From a virus (taxonomy: Duplodnaviria; Caudoviricetes): a stretch of DNA of 33,600 bases. The stretch spans positions 1 through 33,600 of IMG/VR virus record IMGVR_UViG_3300037634_003294; one strand, given 5' to 3'. Shown piece after piece: positions 10,444-19,897 of this stretch. A model generated the notes under the pieces. That model saw nothing but the letters and a program-made list of their open reading frames with translations, searched no databases and was not told where the DNA came from. Numbering within the stretch: the stretch's first letter is position 1; every line of letters starts with the position of its first letter. The position numbers and the translations under genes are program-made.

Positions 10444-11979
10444 ATGGCTTCCAACCCCAACGATATAAATAGCTTGGCGCGATTCGTTCTCAAAGATGTT
10501 TGGGATACGAGTAACAACGCATTACAAGTAAACGTAGTAGCTGGTTCTACCGGCGCGACTGAATACAATGAAGACGCCGCTACACCTTCTACAATAGTTG
10601 GTCCGACGCTTATGATGGAGCGTGATGACGCTCTTACGTCTGTTACTCCTGCTGAGGGAGATTGGATTGGCGCAAGGGGTACAGCAGAAGGGGCATTATG
10701 GACACAAGACTTTAATAGTGATGCAATCTTATCCGACACAACGGCTATTTTGGCTGATACAGCCAATATGGACACGAATATTACAGCCATACTTGCCGAT
10801 ACAGCAGCAATGGATACCAACCTTGGCACTATCGCGGGCGCAGTATCCGGTAGTGAGATGCAGGTAGACATTGTTTCTGGAGGAGGTGGAGGAACGGAGT
10901 ACACAGAGGATGTAGCTACAGCTAACCCTATAGTTGGTACGGCTACACTGATGGAAAGGGATGATGCACTTACAACAGTGACACCAGCAGAAGCAGACTG
11001 GATTGGAATGAGAGGTACAGCTGAAGGTGCGCTCTGGACTCAGGACTTTAACTCAGATGCAATCCTTGCAGACACTACAGCCATAAAGACGGCTGTGGAG
11101 ACTTTAGACAATGCAATCTCTGGTAGTGAGATGCAAGTAGACCTTGTCTCTGCAAACGTAACCAACGCAGGTACATTTGCTGTGCAAGTAGATGGTTCAG
11201 CTCTTACGGCCCTGCAACTGATAGACAACATTGTTTCTGTAGATGATGCAGCGTTCTCACTGGGTTCAGGTTCAGGAGTGATGATGATGGGATTTGCAGG
11301 TACACAATCTGTCAATGCTAATGATTCAGCAGCCTTAGCTTGTGATACAGATGGTGCTTTGCATATCTCCGATGGTGGTAACTCAATAACAATAGATGGT
11401 ACTGTTACTGCTGACCTTGGTGCTACTGATAATGCAGTATTAGATGCGATTGCTGCTTCTCTCGCTTTGTTAGATAACTCAATATCGTCTGGAAATGAAT
11501 TACAAGTTGATGTGGTTGGTTCTTTACCCGCTGGTAGCGCAGCGATTGGTAAGCTGGCAGCTAACTCAGGTGTAGACATTGGAGATGTCGATGTGACGAG
11601 TATCACAAACGACTCTATCAATGGACCAGAATCATCCACAGGACCATCGGTAGACTCATATACACAAGTAGCCATAAACCTAACGACTGGTGCAAACCAA
11701 GTTCTGGCTTCTTCTGCCGCAAACAAGCAGATATGGGTATATGGATACACATTCACTTGTGGTGATGCAGATGGACAAACGGTTAGCTTTCAAGACGAAG
11801 ACGATACAGCTCTATCTGGAATCATGGAGTTCGCACAGTATGGAGGTGCAGCAGTATCCCCTTCAGGGAACTTCGCAATGCCTATATGGAAACTAGCAAC
11901 AGACAAAGACCTTGAAGTTGATATCACAGGAGGTGATGTCGATGGATGGATTTCAGTCGCAGTTGTAGACGTATCTTAA
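10444..11979 (+). CDS. Acidic virion structural protein with internal duplication
   Basis: 511 aa, D/T/A/G/S-rich; two near-identical segments of about 90-110 aa (TEY.ED...MERDDALT.VTPAE.DWIG.RGTAEGALWTQDFNSDAIL...SGSEMQVD). Confidence 0.55.
   Translation: MASNPNDINSLARFVLKDVWDTSNNALQVNVVAGSTGATEYNEDAATPSTIVGPTLMMERDDALTSVTPAEGDWIGARGTAEGALWTQDFNSDAILSDTTAILADTANMDTNITAILADTAAMDTNLGTIAGAVSGSEMQVDIVSGGGGGTEYTEDVATANPIVGTATLMERDDALTTVTPAEADWIGMRGTAEGALWTQDFNSDAILADTTAIKTAVETLDNAISGSEMQVDLVSANVTNAGTFAVQVDGSALTALQLIDNIVSVDDAAFSLGSGSGVMMMGFAGTQSVNANDSAALACDTDGALHISDGGNSITIDGTVTADLGATDNAVLDAIAASLALLDNSISSGNELQVDVVGSLPAGSAAIGKLAANSGVDIGDVDVTSITNDSINGPESSTGPSVDSYTQVAINLTTGANQVLASSAANKQIWVYGYTFTCGDADGQTVSFQDEDDTALSGIMEFAQYGGAAVSPSGNFAMPIWKLATDKDLEVDITGGDVDGWISVAVVDVS
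10558..11151 (+). repeat. Intragenic tandem duplication (copies start at about 10558 and 10894, 336 bp apart)
   Basis: Protein-level identity is visible in the translation; synonymous codons have diverged between the copies. Confidence 0.85.
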
Positions 11980-11990
11980 TCCCCATATTT

Positions 11991-12350
11991 ATGCTCCCAG
12001 TAGAACCTAAAACATCGGCAGCACTCGATTCGCTTGTTACTACTATTGATACTAAGCAATCTGAAGAGTTGGCCGCAAGTAAATCATATTGGCAAGGGGC
12101 AAAGACCAGAGATGATAGTACTGCAAAAGTATCTGACCATGATTCATGGGAAACAAAAGGTATAGCTCTGGGAGATATCACAGAAGATGTATCTGTTCAC
12201 ACTTACGATGGACCAAACGGATTAGGCTATATTATAATCATGGAGAAGCCAGTTACAGGTGGCCGATTCATCAAAAGGGTAGTCCACGGTGCTGAGCAGA
12301 GTAGAGCGCAGGACTGGACATTTACCCCCGATGATGATGGCATTACCTGA
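11991..12350 (+). CDS. Hypothetical phage protein (tail-associated)
   Basis: ATG 11991 follows the previous stop; 119 aa; overlaps the start of the LamG gene. Confidence 0.6.
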   Translation: MLPVEPKTSAALDSLVTTIDTKQSEELAASKSYWQGAKTRDDSTAKVSDHDSWETKGIALGDITEDVSVHTYDGPNGLGYIIIMEKPVTGGRFIKRVVHGAEQSRAQDWTFTPDDDGIT

Positions 12351-14490
12351 TAACGGGGACTTTGCACAATCTGGCTCTATTATCTCTCGATGGAAACTCG
12401 ATGAGTCTTCTGGTACAAGAGAGGATAGTGTAGGCTCTAACGATCTAACAGATAACAATACTGTGACAGGAGCTACAGGTAAATTTGGAGATGGTGCCTC
12501 TGCTTTTGCTAGGGCATCTACTGAATATCTTAGCATTTCAGACAACGCATCTCTTAGCCCTGTGGGGGATATATCCTACTTTGCGTGGATAAAGCCTACA
12601 ACCACACCATCAGATGCAGCCTATGTTATAGCTAGTAAATATGAAACCAGCGACAGATCATGGTATTTCGACTATAGCGAGGATGGAGGTGGTGAGAGAC
12701 TCCACTTCTATGTAGAAGACTCCAACGGAGACTCAACCTCTCCTGAAGTAGCAGTAACTCTAGCAAATGACACATGGCATTACGTTGGCTTCGTTTACGA
12801 TGTTTCTGCTTTTGAGGTGAAATTTTACGTCAACGGCGCTCAGGTAGGAGCTACTGGCTCTACAGCAGGGGTAAACGACTTAGAAGACAGCGCAATACCA
12901 TTCTTTATTGGAGCTATTGACTTAGGTTCAGGTGCTACAACTACGTGGGATGGGGATATGCAAGACCATATCTTCTGGAATGTAGAGCTTACAGCAGCAG
13001 AAGTAGCTGCGAACTACAACCTATACGGTACAGGTTTACCAGCTACAGCAGCCCTTCCTCAGTCAGGTTCTCTTATTGGTCGATGGAAGCTAGATGAGCC
13101 GTCAGGTACAAGAGTAGACTCTGTAGGAAGCAATGATCTATCGGACAACAACACAGTCACAGCAGGAGGAGAACAATTCAACAATATTGCAGCGAACTTT
13201 GAAGTAGGAAACGATGAATACCTAAGCGCTTCAGATAGTGCAGCATTATCTCCGACAGGAGATACTTCCTATTTCGCTTGGATAAAATTAGAATCTCAGC
13301 CACCGGCAGGTAATCACAGGTTTATTGCCAGTAAATATGATGGTGGTGATCGTTCATGGTTCTTTAGTGTACGAGAAGAAAGTGGCAACTTCTTAAATCT
13401 ATACATTGAAGATTCAAATGAAGATGGAGGTCAATTTAATGTGTCTTACACATTTGCTAATGATGTTTGGTACCATGTCGGATGGGTATATGACCAATCG
13501 GAAGCTGATGCGACATTCTATGTGAATGGAAAAATGGCAGGTTCGCCAGTATCATTAACGAATGTAGATGATCTTGAAGATAGTTCGTGTGATTTTCGTA
13601 TTGGTGAGATAGATAGTGTCGGAGCCGCAGGATTTGATGGGCTCATGCAAGACCATTGTTGGTGGAATGTTGAACTTACAGCAGCAGAGGTGGAAGACCT
13701 ATACAACGCATACTTCAACCTTCCAGACGAAGGAGATTTGCCTCAGCCTGGCTCAGTCGTAGCCCGTCACACACTCACAGAGGGCGGTGGAACGAGGAAT
13801 GACCAAGTGGGAACAAACCATCTTACTGATAATAATACTGTAACCTCTACGACAGGGATTTCAGAAACTAACTCTAGTGCAGAAAGAGCAGCAGACTTTA
13901 ATGATAGCAACAGCGAATACCTCACTGTCGCAGATAACGCCAATATTTCCATAACAGGAGATATGTCTTGGTTCGCTTGGGTAAGACCTGATACAGCACT
14001 CCAAGGATCAGACGATCAATACTTTCTCGCTTCAAAATACGATCACACTCAGCGTAGTTGGTACATTGCATACGCATTGGAGGATACCAATGAACAGGTG
14101 GATGTCTATATTGCTGATAATTTGACTGGAGATGCGAACAGCAAGAGAGAAATATGGGATGTCACCCTGGCAATAGGACAGTGGTATCACATGGGATTTG
14201 TTTATGATGCTTCGGATGGAGAAGTTGGCTTCTATATAGACGGCGCTCAGGTTGACACTATACGAACAGGATTCGCCACAGATATTGTTGATGGAACTGC
14301 TGCTTACCGAATAGGCGCATTCTCTGGTGGAGGAGGTACAACAGGATTCTGGCCAGGGCAAGTGCAGGATGCAATCATGTGGAATGCAGAGCTAACAGGT
14401 GCAGAAGTAACAACTCTCTACGAGCTTTACACAGTAGAACCCTCTACAGGAACTCCGAGCGGACTTACTCTCATGGGAGTTGGTAATTGA
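12337..14490 (+). CDS. Triple LamG / concanavalin A-like jelly-roll protein (receptor-binding/decoration candidate)
   Basis: Three ~230-aa repeats, each with 'WKLDE.SGTR.DSVGSNDL.DNNTVT', 'S.FAW', 'ASKY', 'WYH.G.VYD', 'FYVNG', 'WN.ELT..EV'. Confidence 0.85.
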   Translation: MALPDNGDFAQSGSIISRWKLDESSGTREDSVGSNDLTDNNTVTGATGKFGDGASAFARASTEYLSISDNASLSPVGDISYFAWIKPTTTPSDAAYVIASKYETSDRSWYFDYSEDGGGERLHFYVEDSNGDSTSPEVAVTLANDTWHYVGFVYDVSAFEVKFYVNGAQVGATGSTAGVNDLEDSAIPFFIGAIDLGSGATTTWDGDMQDHIFWNVELTAAEVAANYNLYGTGLPATAALPQSGSLIGRWKLDEPSGTRVDSVGSNDLSDNNTVTAGGEQFNNIAANFEVGNDEYLSASDSAALSPTGDTSYFAWIKLESQPPAGNHRFIASKYDGGDRSWFFSVREESGNFLNLYIEDSNEDGGQFNVSYTFANDVWYHVGWVYDQSEADATFYVNGKMAGSPVSLTNVDDLEDSSCDFRIGEIDSVGAAGFDGLMQDHCWWNVELTAAEVEDLYNAYFNLPDEGDLPQPGSVVARHTLTEGGGTRNDQVGTNHLTDNNTVTSTTGISETNSSAERAADFNDSNSEYLTVADNANISITGDMSWFAWVRPDTALQGSDDQYFLASKYDHTQRSWYIAYALEDTNEQVDVYIADNLTGDANSKREIWDVTLAIGQWYHMGFVYDASDGEVGFYIDGAQVDTIRTGFATDIVDGTAAYRIGAFSGGGGTTGFWPGQVQDAIMWNAELTGAEVTTLYELYTVEPSTGTPSGLTLMGVGN

Positions 14491-14516
14491 TAAAGACACT
14501 AAACAGGTGTATAGTG
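14487..14516 (+). promoter_or_regulatory. Sigma70-type promoter TTGATA-17-TATAGT overlapped by palindromic operator CACTAAACA-GG-TGTATAGTG
   Basis: -35 at 14487-14492, -10 at 14510-14515, operator 14497-14516; intergenic, upstream of the endolysin. Confidence 0.65.
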
Positions 14517-14607
14517 CCTGTATGCGAATCACACACTTTCTCTGGGCGCATACTGCGGCAACCTTTGTCCAGTGTTGCCTTATGGTATCTGCCCTTCCAC
14601 ACCTATA

Positions 14608-15132
14608 ATGATACTCTGTCCAGTCCAACTCAGAGTACGTATCACCCAGCATTTTGGGGAGAATCCGGATGTCTACGAACAATTTGACCTTAAAGGTCAT
14701 AACGGTGTAGACATCGCTGGCGGGGTACCAGGAGTCAGAGTTCCTGTTCTATCGCCTTACGATGGAGTGGTGCGCTTAGGAGACCAGGGAGACAGGGGAT
14801 ACGGCAAGAATATCCACCTCTTCACAGACCCGGACGGCGATGGCAGAATACGAGAAGTTGTACTGGCTCATTTTTCGTACATCCACAAGAGATTGAAAGA
14901 CGGAGATAGAGTGTATTTGGGAGACGAGCTGGGGATGATGGGAAATACAGGATTTAGCTCTGGAGTGCACCTACACCTTGGTTTACGGTACCGCGACCCG
15001 AAGAGAAACAACGAAATCATAAATTCAAATAACGGTTACAGGGGATTTGTAGATTTTGAAAAGTACCTTCTCTACACCGTTGACGAAAAGCTAGAAGATA
15101 GGCTAGTAACCTATCCGTATGATATAATGTAG
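14608..15132 (+). CDS. M23-family peptidase, putative endolysin
   Basis: HNGVD (HxxxD) and HLH zinc motifs, 'GYGKNI', 'GMMGNTGFSSGVHLH'; immediately upstream of a holin-like gene. Confidence 0.88.
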   Translation: MILCPVQLRVRITQHFGENPDVYEQFDLKGHNGVDIAGGVPGVRVPVLSPYDGVVRLGDQGDRGYGKNIHLFTDPDGDGRIREVVLAHFSYIHKRLKDGDRVYLGDELGMMGNTGFSSGVHLHLGLRYRDPKRNNEIINSNNGYRGFVDFEKYLLYTVDEKLEDRLVTYPYDIM

Positions 15133-15154
15133 TCAATTTATTAACCCCATTATT

Positions 15155-15373
15155 ATGAAAGGTTCTGCTCCCCTATCTCTCAGCTCTAACGATCTTACAA
15201 AGGTCGGTAAAGGCGCCCTCATCGCAGGTGCCGGTGCTGTACTCGCCTATCTTTTGGATTACGCCACGTCTTTGGATTTGGTTGACCCAGAAAACTGGTG
15301 GGCACCAGTGATAATTGCTGGTCTTGGTGTTGTTGCAAACTTGCTCCGCAAGTTGGCCACTGATACTAGATAG
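15155..15373 (+). CDS. Holin-like membrane protein (2 TM)
   Basis: 72 aa with two hydrophobic helices and a basic C-terminus; adjacent to the endolysin. Confidence 0.7.
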   Translation: MKGSAPLSLSSNDLTKVGKGALIAGAGAVLAYLLDYATSLDLVDPENWWAPVIIAGLGVVANLLRKLATDTR

Positions 15374-15419
15374 TACCCCTTTTGATTTCTGATTACAGAT
15401 AAAGCCCGTAGCATCGTGC

Positions 15420-15935
15420 TTATTCTTCTGTGGATGATTGTTCTGCTCCTAACCCTGGTGACAGACTCGCGCCCGTATTTTGAACAGTACGACGACAGTG
15501 CTCTGCTATCAACAACGCGTCTGCAATAGTTAGGGTGACAGTTAGATGTGGAAACAACTGTTGAGCCTTCGCCTTCAGATTGTTTTTGTGCATCGTCTTT
15601 GTGTGACTCTTTTTCTTAGGTGGTATACCCATAGCCTGTTGCCAAACCCTTGGTAACACCTCATTGAATGGGAGCTTGTGGCATATCATAGCCATCCTCA
15701 AACTGTGGTAGTTACCAGAAAAAGTCCAGATAGCTTTCTTTGCATCCATCGGCATCGCGTTTACCTTCTCTATAAGAATCACAACATCATCCTCTATCGT
15801 TAATGCTTCAAACAAGTCAGACATATCACGCTCCGTCGCTGGCATCTTGTGTGTGTCGACATGCTTCCCACGGATAATTGCTATTGCTCCGTTCTTACCT
15901 GGGTCGATACCCACGAAGGTTGTTTTGTCATACAT
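15420..15935 (-). CDS. RuvC-like Holliday junction resolvase
   Basis: 'FVGIDPGKNGAIA', 'ILIEKV', 'PRVWQQAMG', 'ADALLIA' match the RuvC-fold acidic motifs. Confidence 0.85.
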   Translation of the reverse strand: MYDKTTFVGIDPGKNGAIAIIRGKHVDTHKMPATERDMSDLFEALTIEDDVVILIEKVNAMPMDAKKAIWTFSGNYHSLRMAMICHKLPFNEVLPRVWQQAMGIPPKKKSHTKTMHKNNLKAKAQQLFPHLTVTLTIADALLIAEHCRRTVQNTGASLSPGLGAEQSSTEE

Positions 15936-15942
15936 GTACACA

Positions 15943-15971
15943 AGTATACCGTATACGCTTGTTTAGCGCAA
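15943..15971 (-). promoter_or_regulatory. Sigma70-type promoter TTGCGC-17-TATACT, 7 nt before ATG (leaderless-type)
   Basis: Read on the minus strand; ATG at 15935. Confidence 0.55.
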
Positions 15972-16421
15972 TTTAGCACACGGGTTGTATCCTTTAGGTG
16001 CCATGAGTCGACACAAAACTTCACTTGTACGGCGGCTCTGTTCCACACCACGCTGATGTATAGCACGGGCAGATGGACGTCGTAACGCAGTCCGTCGTAT
16101 AGCACTGAAATCTACGCTCCGTGTATGTTGCACACGCTTCGGCGCTCTAAGTACGGGCTTTGTATAGTTACGTCTGAATGTAGATGTCTTCTGGGATACG
16201 CCTTGCTGCTCATAGAGCGGCTTAATGACGTTCGTACCTCTATTGAGTCGGGATATTGGACGGCAATACGTTACACCTCTAAAGGTGTGCTGCCTGTATA
16301 CAGGGCATTCAGTAGAAGCATCCAAAAGGATAGGGCGCGCTGCGCTCACCATATCTGCTGTCCAGAACCAGATAGCGATACCAACAAGGCCGATGATGTA
16401 GAGGATAGTGGAGAATTTCAT
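15963..16421 (-). CDS. Hypothetical basic protein with N-terminal TM/signal peptide
   Basis: MKFSTILYIIGLVGIAIWFW hydrophobic N-terminus, Arg-rich body; TATAAT 6 nt upstream of the ATG. Confidence 0.6.
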   Translation of the reverse strand: MKFSTILYIIGLVGIAIWFWTADMVSAARPILLDASTECPVYRQHTFRGVTYCRPISRLNRGTNVIKPLYEQQGVSQKTSTFRRNYTKPVLRAPKRVQHTRSVDFSAIRRTALRRPSARAIHQRGVEQSRRTSEVLCRLMAPKGYNPCAKLR

Positions 16422-16433
16422 GCCTCCATTATA

Positions 16434-18050
16434 CTACGCTTGTGGCTTTTGAGGAACCCTGGTGATTACACCTTCTGTAGTCAAAAACATACCAGCGATA
16501 GATGTAGCGTTTTTCAGCGCACACTTCTCAACCTTCACGGCATTGATTACTTTAGCCTCAAACAAATCCACAACGTCTTTAGTTTTTGCACTAAATCCGT
16601 GCTTTGGGTCTTCGGCTTCGCCAACTTTTAAGGAAATATGCTCACCGTTTACTCCACAGTTTTCAGCTATCTGCTGACACACTGCTGGCAACGCGTCCAT
16701 AACAATCTTCACTCCGACCAGCTCATCCTTACCAAGACCCGCAAAGATTGGGTCATCTACTGAAATAGACGCATTGATGAGTGAGGTACCAGCACCAGGG
16801 ACTATCCCCTCTTGGGCTGCGCTCTTTACAGCCCCTAGTGCATCCTCGACACGATCAAGCTTTTCCCTAGCTTCAGTTTCGGTAGCACCGCCGACCTTAA
16901 CGATGGCAATACCGTGCTTGAGTCGAGCAATACGCTCTTCAAGCTTGTCGTGTTCAAATCCAGGTTCACCGCGCTCCATTCTTTCTCTGATAGATTTGAT
17001 GTGTGCGTCCACATCATCATCTGATGCACCACCTTCGTAGATGGTACACGTCTCTCTGTCTGTGATTACCTTTTTACACCTCCCCAGCATCTCTATGCTC
17101 ATATCCTTTAGGTGCATGTTTGCTTCCGGCATGATGACCTTACCTCCGGTTACAACGGCGAGGTCTTCCAGTGCCTCCTTCTGTCTCTCTCCCCAGAACG
17201 GTGCTCGCACCGCACATGTGAGACAGATATTCTTCATCTTGTTTGCTACTAATGTAGTCAGCGCTCCGGACACAACGTCGTGCGCGATAACCAAAATAGA
17301 AAACGGCTTACCTTCTTTAGCTGCCTCCTCTTCAATCTTCTGCATAATTGGAAGCATGTCATAAGGGTCAGTGAGGGTGTCATCCAAAAGTAGGATGTAC
17401 GGGTTCTCCATTTCATTAATACCGTCCGGAGATGTCATAAAGTATGGAGACAAATATCCATTGTCATACTGCAACCCCTCTGTGAACTGTGTATTGAGAC
17501 CAATGGCTTGCCCTGGCTCAATAACAATCACACCATCTTTACCTAACTTCTCCATGAGGTCAGAAATTGTTTTAGCAATTTCGTCATCACGCGATGCTAC
17601 CTTAGCAATGTCGAAGTAGTCCTCTTTACCATCTGCTTTGATCGAGTCCTTTAGCATCCTCCCCACTACAGCTTCACATGCTATATCCATACCTTCTTTA
17701 ATAGCGATAGCGTTGCGTCCTTTTTGAATCTCTTTAATACCAGCGTCCATCATCTTGTATGTGAGGACCGTAGCTGTAGTCGTACCGTCACCAGCTTCCA
17801 TGTTCGTTTTGTTGGCAGCTTCACGTAGCAAGCACACACCCATCTCTTCCTCTTTATCCTCTAGGTCTATCTCTCGCGCTACACCAATACCATCCATTGT
17901 GAAACGGATACCGTAGTCCTCTTCAATTAAGAGACGGCGGCCAGAGAGGCCCATAGTAACACGTACTCCGTCGTATAGTTGTTTGGCACCATCCATAACT
18001 GCGCCACGGGCGGCTTCGCCAAATACTACTTTTTTTGCTGGGATTTCCAT
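16434..18050 (-). CDS. groEL: Chaperonin GroEL (phage-encoded)
   Basis: 538 aa; 'AGDGTTTATVL', 'YDNGYLSPYF', 'VRAPFWGE', 'KVGGATETE...DRVEDAL', 'GIVPGAG'; no C-terminal GGM tail. Confidence 0.97.
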   Translation of the reverse strand: MEIPAKKVVFGEAARGAVMDGAKQLYDGVRVTMGLSGRRLLIEEDYGIRFTMDGIGVAREIDLEDKEEEMGVCLLREAANKTNMEAGDGTTTATVLTYKMMDAGIKEIQKGRNAIAIKEGMDIACEAVVGRMLKDSIKADGKEDYFDIAKVASRDDEIAKTISDLMEKLGKDGVIVIEPGQAIGLNTQFTEGLQYDNGYLSPYFMTSPDGINEMENPYILLLDDTLTDPYDMLPIMQKIEEEAAKEGKPFSILVIAHDVVSGALTTLVANKMKNICLTCAVRAPFWGERQKEALEDLAVVTGGKVIMPEANMHLKDMSIEMLGRCKKVITDRETCTIYEGGASDDDVDAHIKSIRERMERGEPGFEHDKLEERIARLKHGIAIVKVGGATETEAREKLDRVEDALGAVKSAAQEGIVPGAGTSLINASISVDDPIFAGLGKDELVGVKIVMDALPAVCQQIAENCGVNGEHISLKVGEAEDPKHGFSAKTKDVVDLFEAKVINAVKVEKCALKNATSIAGMFLTTEGVITRVPQKPQA

Positions 18051-18053
18051 AAT

Positions 18054-18332
18054 TTATTCTGGGGTAACGGAAGCTAAAACAGATTCTTCGCGGACAATTT
18101 TGTACGGGATACCATCAATCTCCACATCATCTCCTGCATACTTAGCGAAGAGCACTTGGTCCCCCTTCTTTAGATCGGTCACGTCCGGACCAACATCATG
18201 TACTGTACCTTCTGCTGGATAGTCCTTTTTAGCGGTATCCGGAATTACTATTTTAGAATTTTTCAAACGTGTGTCCTCCCACTGCGGGATGATAACGACT
18301 CTATCATTACGTGGTACAACTTTATTGCTCAT
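18054..18332 (-). CDS. groES: Co-chaperonin GroES
   Basis: 92 aa; 'PRNDRVVI', 'IVIPDTAKK', 'GTVHDVGP', 'GDQVLFAKYAG', 'REESVLA'; directly upstream of groEL. Confidence 0.95.
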   Translation of the reverse strand: MSNKVVPRNDRVVIIPQWEDTRLKNSKIVIPDTAKKDYPAEGTVHDVGPDVTDLKKGDQVLFAKYAGDDVEIDGIPYKIVREESVLASVTPE

Positions 18333-18594
18333 CTGGTGTAGGGGGAATGAATATTGCTCCGCTCGGAGTCTTTCTTAGCAGCCCTTTTTTGCAGAGCTGG
18401 TTGATAGTGTAGTGAAACGAGGTGTTCTTTTTTCCGAACGCTAGAGAGATTGCACGGATAGATGGGATGAACCCATGCTCTTTGTTGTGCTTCTTAACGT
18501 ATTCGAGTATTTCCTCCTGGCGTTTGGTCAGTGGGAAGCGGTTTTTGTAGGATGCCTCTCTCTGCTCCTGTGTTGCATTTGCCTCATCTGTCAT
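18322..18594 (-). CDS. LexA-type winged-helix DNA-binding protein lacking the S24 peptidase domain
   Basis: 'LTKRQEEILEYVKKHNKEHGFIPSIRAISLAFG...TINQLCKKGLLRK' matches the LexA N-terminal domain; only 90 aa. Confidence 0.8.
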   Translation of the reverse strand: MTDEANATQEQREASYKNRFPLTKRQEEILEYVKKHNKEHGFIPSIRAISLAFGKKNTSFHYTINQLCKKGLLRKTPSGAIFIPPTPDEQ

Positions 18595-18603
18595 AACGTG
18601 AAT

Positions 18604-18632
18604 ATGGTACAGTACACCTGTACACTATGCAA
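18604..18632 (-). promoter_or_regulatory. Sigma70-type promoter TTGCAT-17-TACCAT with operator (GTAC-ACCT-GTAC) in the spacer
   Basis: Operator 18608-18627; -10 lies 9 nt before the HTH gene ATG; a divergent TGTACA-17-TACTAT promoter (18619-18647, +) overlaps it. Confidence 0.7.
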
Positions 18633-18682
18633 GTGTGCTGCTACTATATACTGCGTACTTACACCCCTTCCCCCCTTACATT

Positions 18683-19111
18683 ATGCTGAAGTCAGTAGAA
18701 AATGTGGTGATCGAGCACCCCACAACCAAAAAGAAGCTCGCAAAAGACCAAGACCCAAGTGGTAAAATCACTACTCACTGGACCACCGTTAGTTGCTGCA
18801 TGACAGCAGTAGAACTCCAACAAGTGAAGAATGCCAAAGAGATGACTCGTAACATGGAGCTACATGGAAAGCTTGAAGCTCAACTAGAAGCATCAGAGCT
18901 TGTACTCACAGAGAGTGAATTTGAAGAGGTCCAGGCAATGGTCCTCGCGTTCCCTAACTTCCTTCGTGGAGGTATTTTGTTTGGTAATCTCTTTAGGATT
19001 ATGCAAGCACCAGAAGTCCGTGAGGATGACTACAAGGCTAAAGCTAAAAAGAAAGAAGCTGAAGCACCTAAAGAAGATGAGCCAGCAAAAGACGAAGAGG
19101 CTAAAGCGTAG
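18683..19111 (+). CDS. Hypothetical protein with K/E/A-rich tail
   Basis: Lone + strand gene with natural composition; start re-assigned to ATG 18683, downstream of the divergent promoter. Confidence 0.65.
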   Translation: MLKSVENVVIEHPTTKKKLAKDQDPSGKITTHWTTVSCCMTAVELQQVKNAKEMTRNMELHGKLEAQLEASELVLTESEFEEVQAMVLAFPNFLRGGILFGNLFRIMQAPEVREDDYKAKAKKKEAEAPKEDEPAKDEEAKA

Positions 19112-19283
19112 TTTCATACTCGCCACTCCCCTCAACGATGAAATTATGTTCCTTCGGATTCCGAGGGCACACCATTTCATCATATATCCAATCCGATGTA
19201 TCTCCATCTGAAGGAATGGAGTCTGTGCGTCTGCTCATCTCTACCTGTTCGCCTGTTAGATCGTAGCAAGATTTACAAATCAT
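19101..19283 (-). CDS. Small hypothetical protein (CxxC, possible Zn-binding)
   Basis: 60 aa; ATGA overlap with the upstream gene. Confidence 0.5.
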   Translation of the reverse strand: MICKSCYDLTGEQVEMSRRTDSIPSDGDTSDWIYDEMVCPRNPKEHNFIVEGSGEYETTL

Positions 19284-19723
19284 TTTTGAAAGGTAATAAA
19301 ATTAACGCCTCGCTTAATACAGGATGGACATATCCCAACATAATCTTTAATGTCCCTTGTATAGGGCTTTTTTAAACAAGTTCTACTTGAGCTGCTTCGC
19401 CCACAAAAATTACATCTCTTGGGTTTTTCGGGATAATTTCTATTTATCCAAGCCAATATTGATTCATCTTTAGCCTCACCCCCCTTCCATCTTGGGGCTT
19501 TTTCTTTTTTTTGCGAATGTCTAACTTCTTGCTTATAGCAACCACAAGAAATAACTGTTCCACCAATCACTGGCGAGGGTCTTGATTGATATTTCTTTCC
19601 ACAATCACAATCAAATTCCCACTTACCACCGTTTTTATGGGGTTTTAACTTCCTTGTGGCAATCAATCTTCCGAACCTTTTGCCAACGATATACTTTTCT
19701 TGGAACATATTAGTGTGAATCAT
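19280..19723 (-). CDS. HNH/AP2-associated Zn-binding protein, probably a degenerate homing endonuclease
   Basis: 'GKRFGRL...W.FDCDCG...SCGC', 'PRWKGG', 'KPKRCNFCG...YTRDIKDYVGICPSC'; visibly more AT-rich than its neighbours. Confidence 0.6.
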   Translation of the reverse strand: MIHTNMFQEKYIVGKRFGRLIATRKLKPHKNGGKWEFDCDCGKKYQSRPSPVIGGTVISCGCYKQEVRHSQKKEKAPRWKGGEAKDESILAWINRNYPEKPKRCNFCGRSSSSRTCLKKPYTRDIKDYVGICPSCIKRGVNFITFQK

Positions 19724-19895
19724 ACATTTCTTGCATTTTCTTGTAACAATTTTTCAAATCAGTTCCCAAGCTATCTACTTGCCTCCATAGAGATTCAATC
19801 TCTCTTTGCTGTATTTTACATTTGATACTAAGCAATCTGAAGAGTTGGCCGCTCTTTTCCTGCCTCTTACAATTCTTACAATCTTTAACGGTCAT
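19710..19895 (-). CDS. Small hypothetical coiled-coil protein (CxxC)
   Basis: 61 aa; fills the operon gap exactly. Confidence 0.5.
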   Translation of the reverse strand: MTVKDCKNCKRQEKSGQLFRLLSIKCKIQQREIESLWRQVDSLGTDLKNCYKKMQEMYDSH

Positions 19896-19897
19896 AG

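Noticed and set aside
16422-16427. GGAGG Shine-Dalgarno before ATG 16421
   Set aside because: Only 1 nt from the start codon and located between the -10 box and the ATG, so not usable as an SD.
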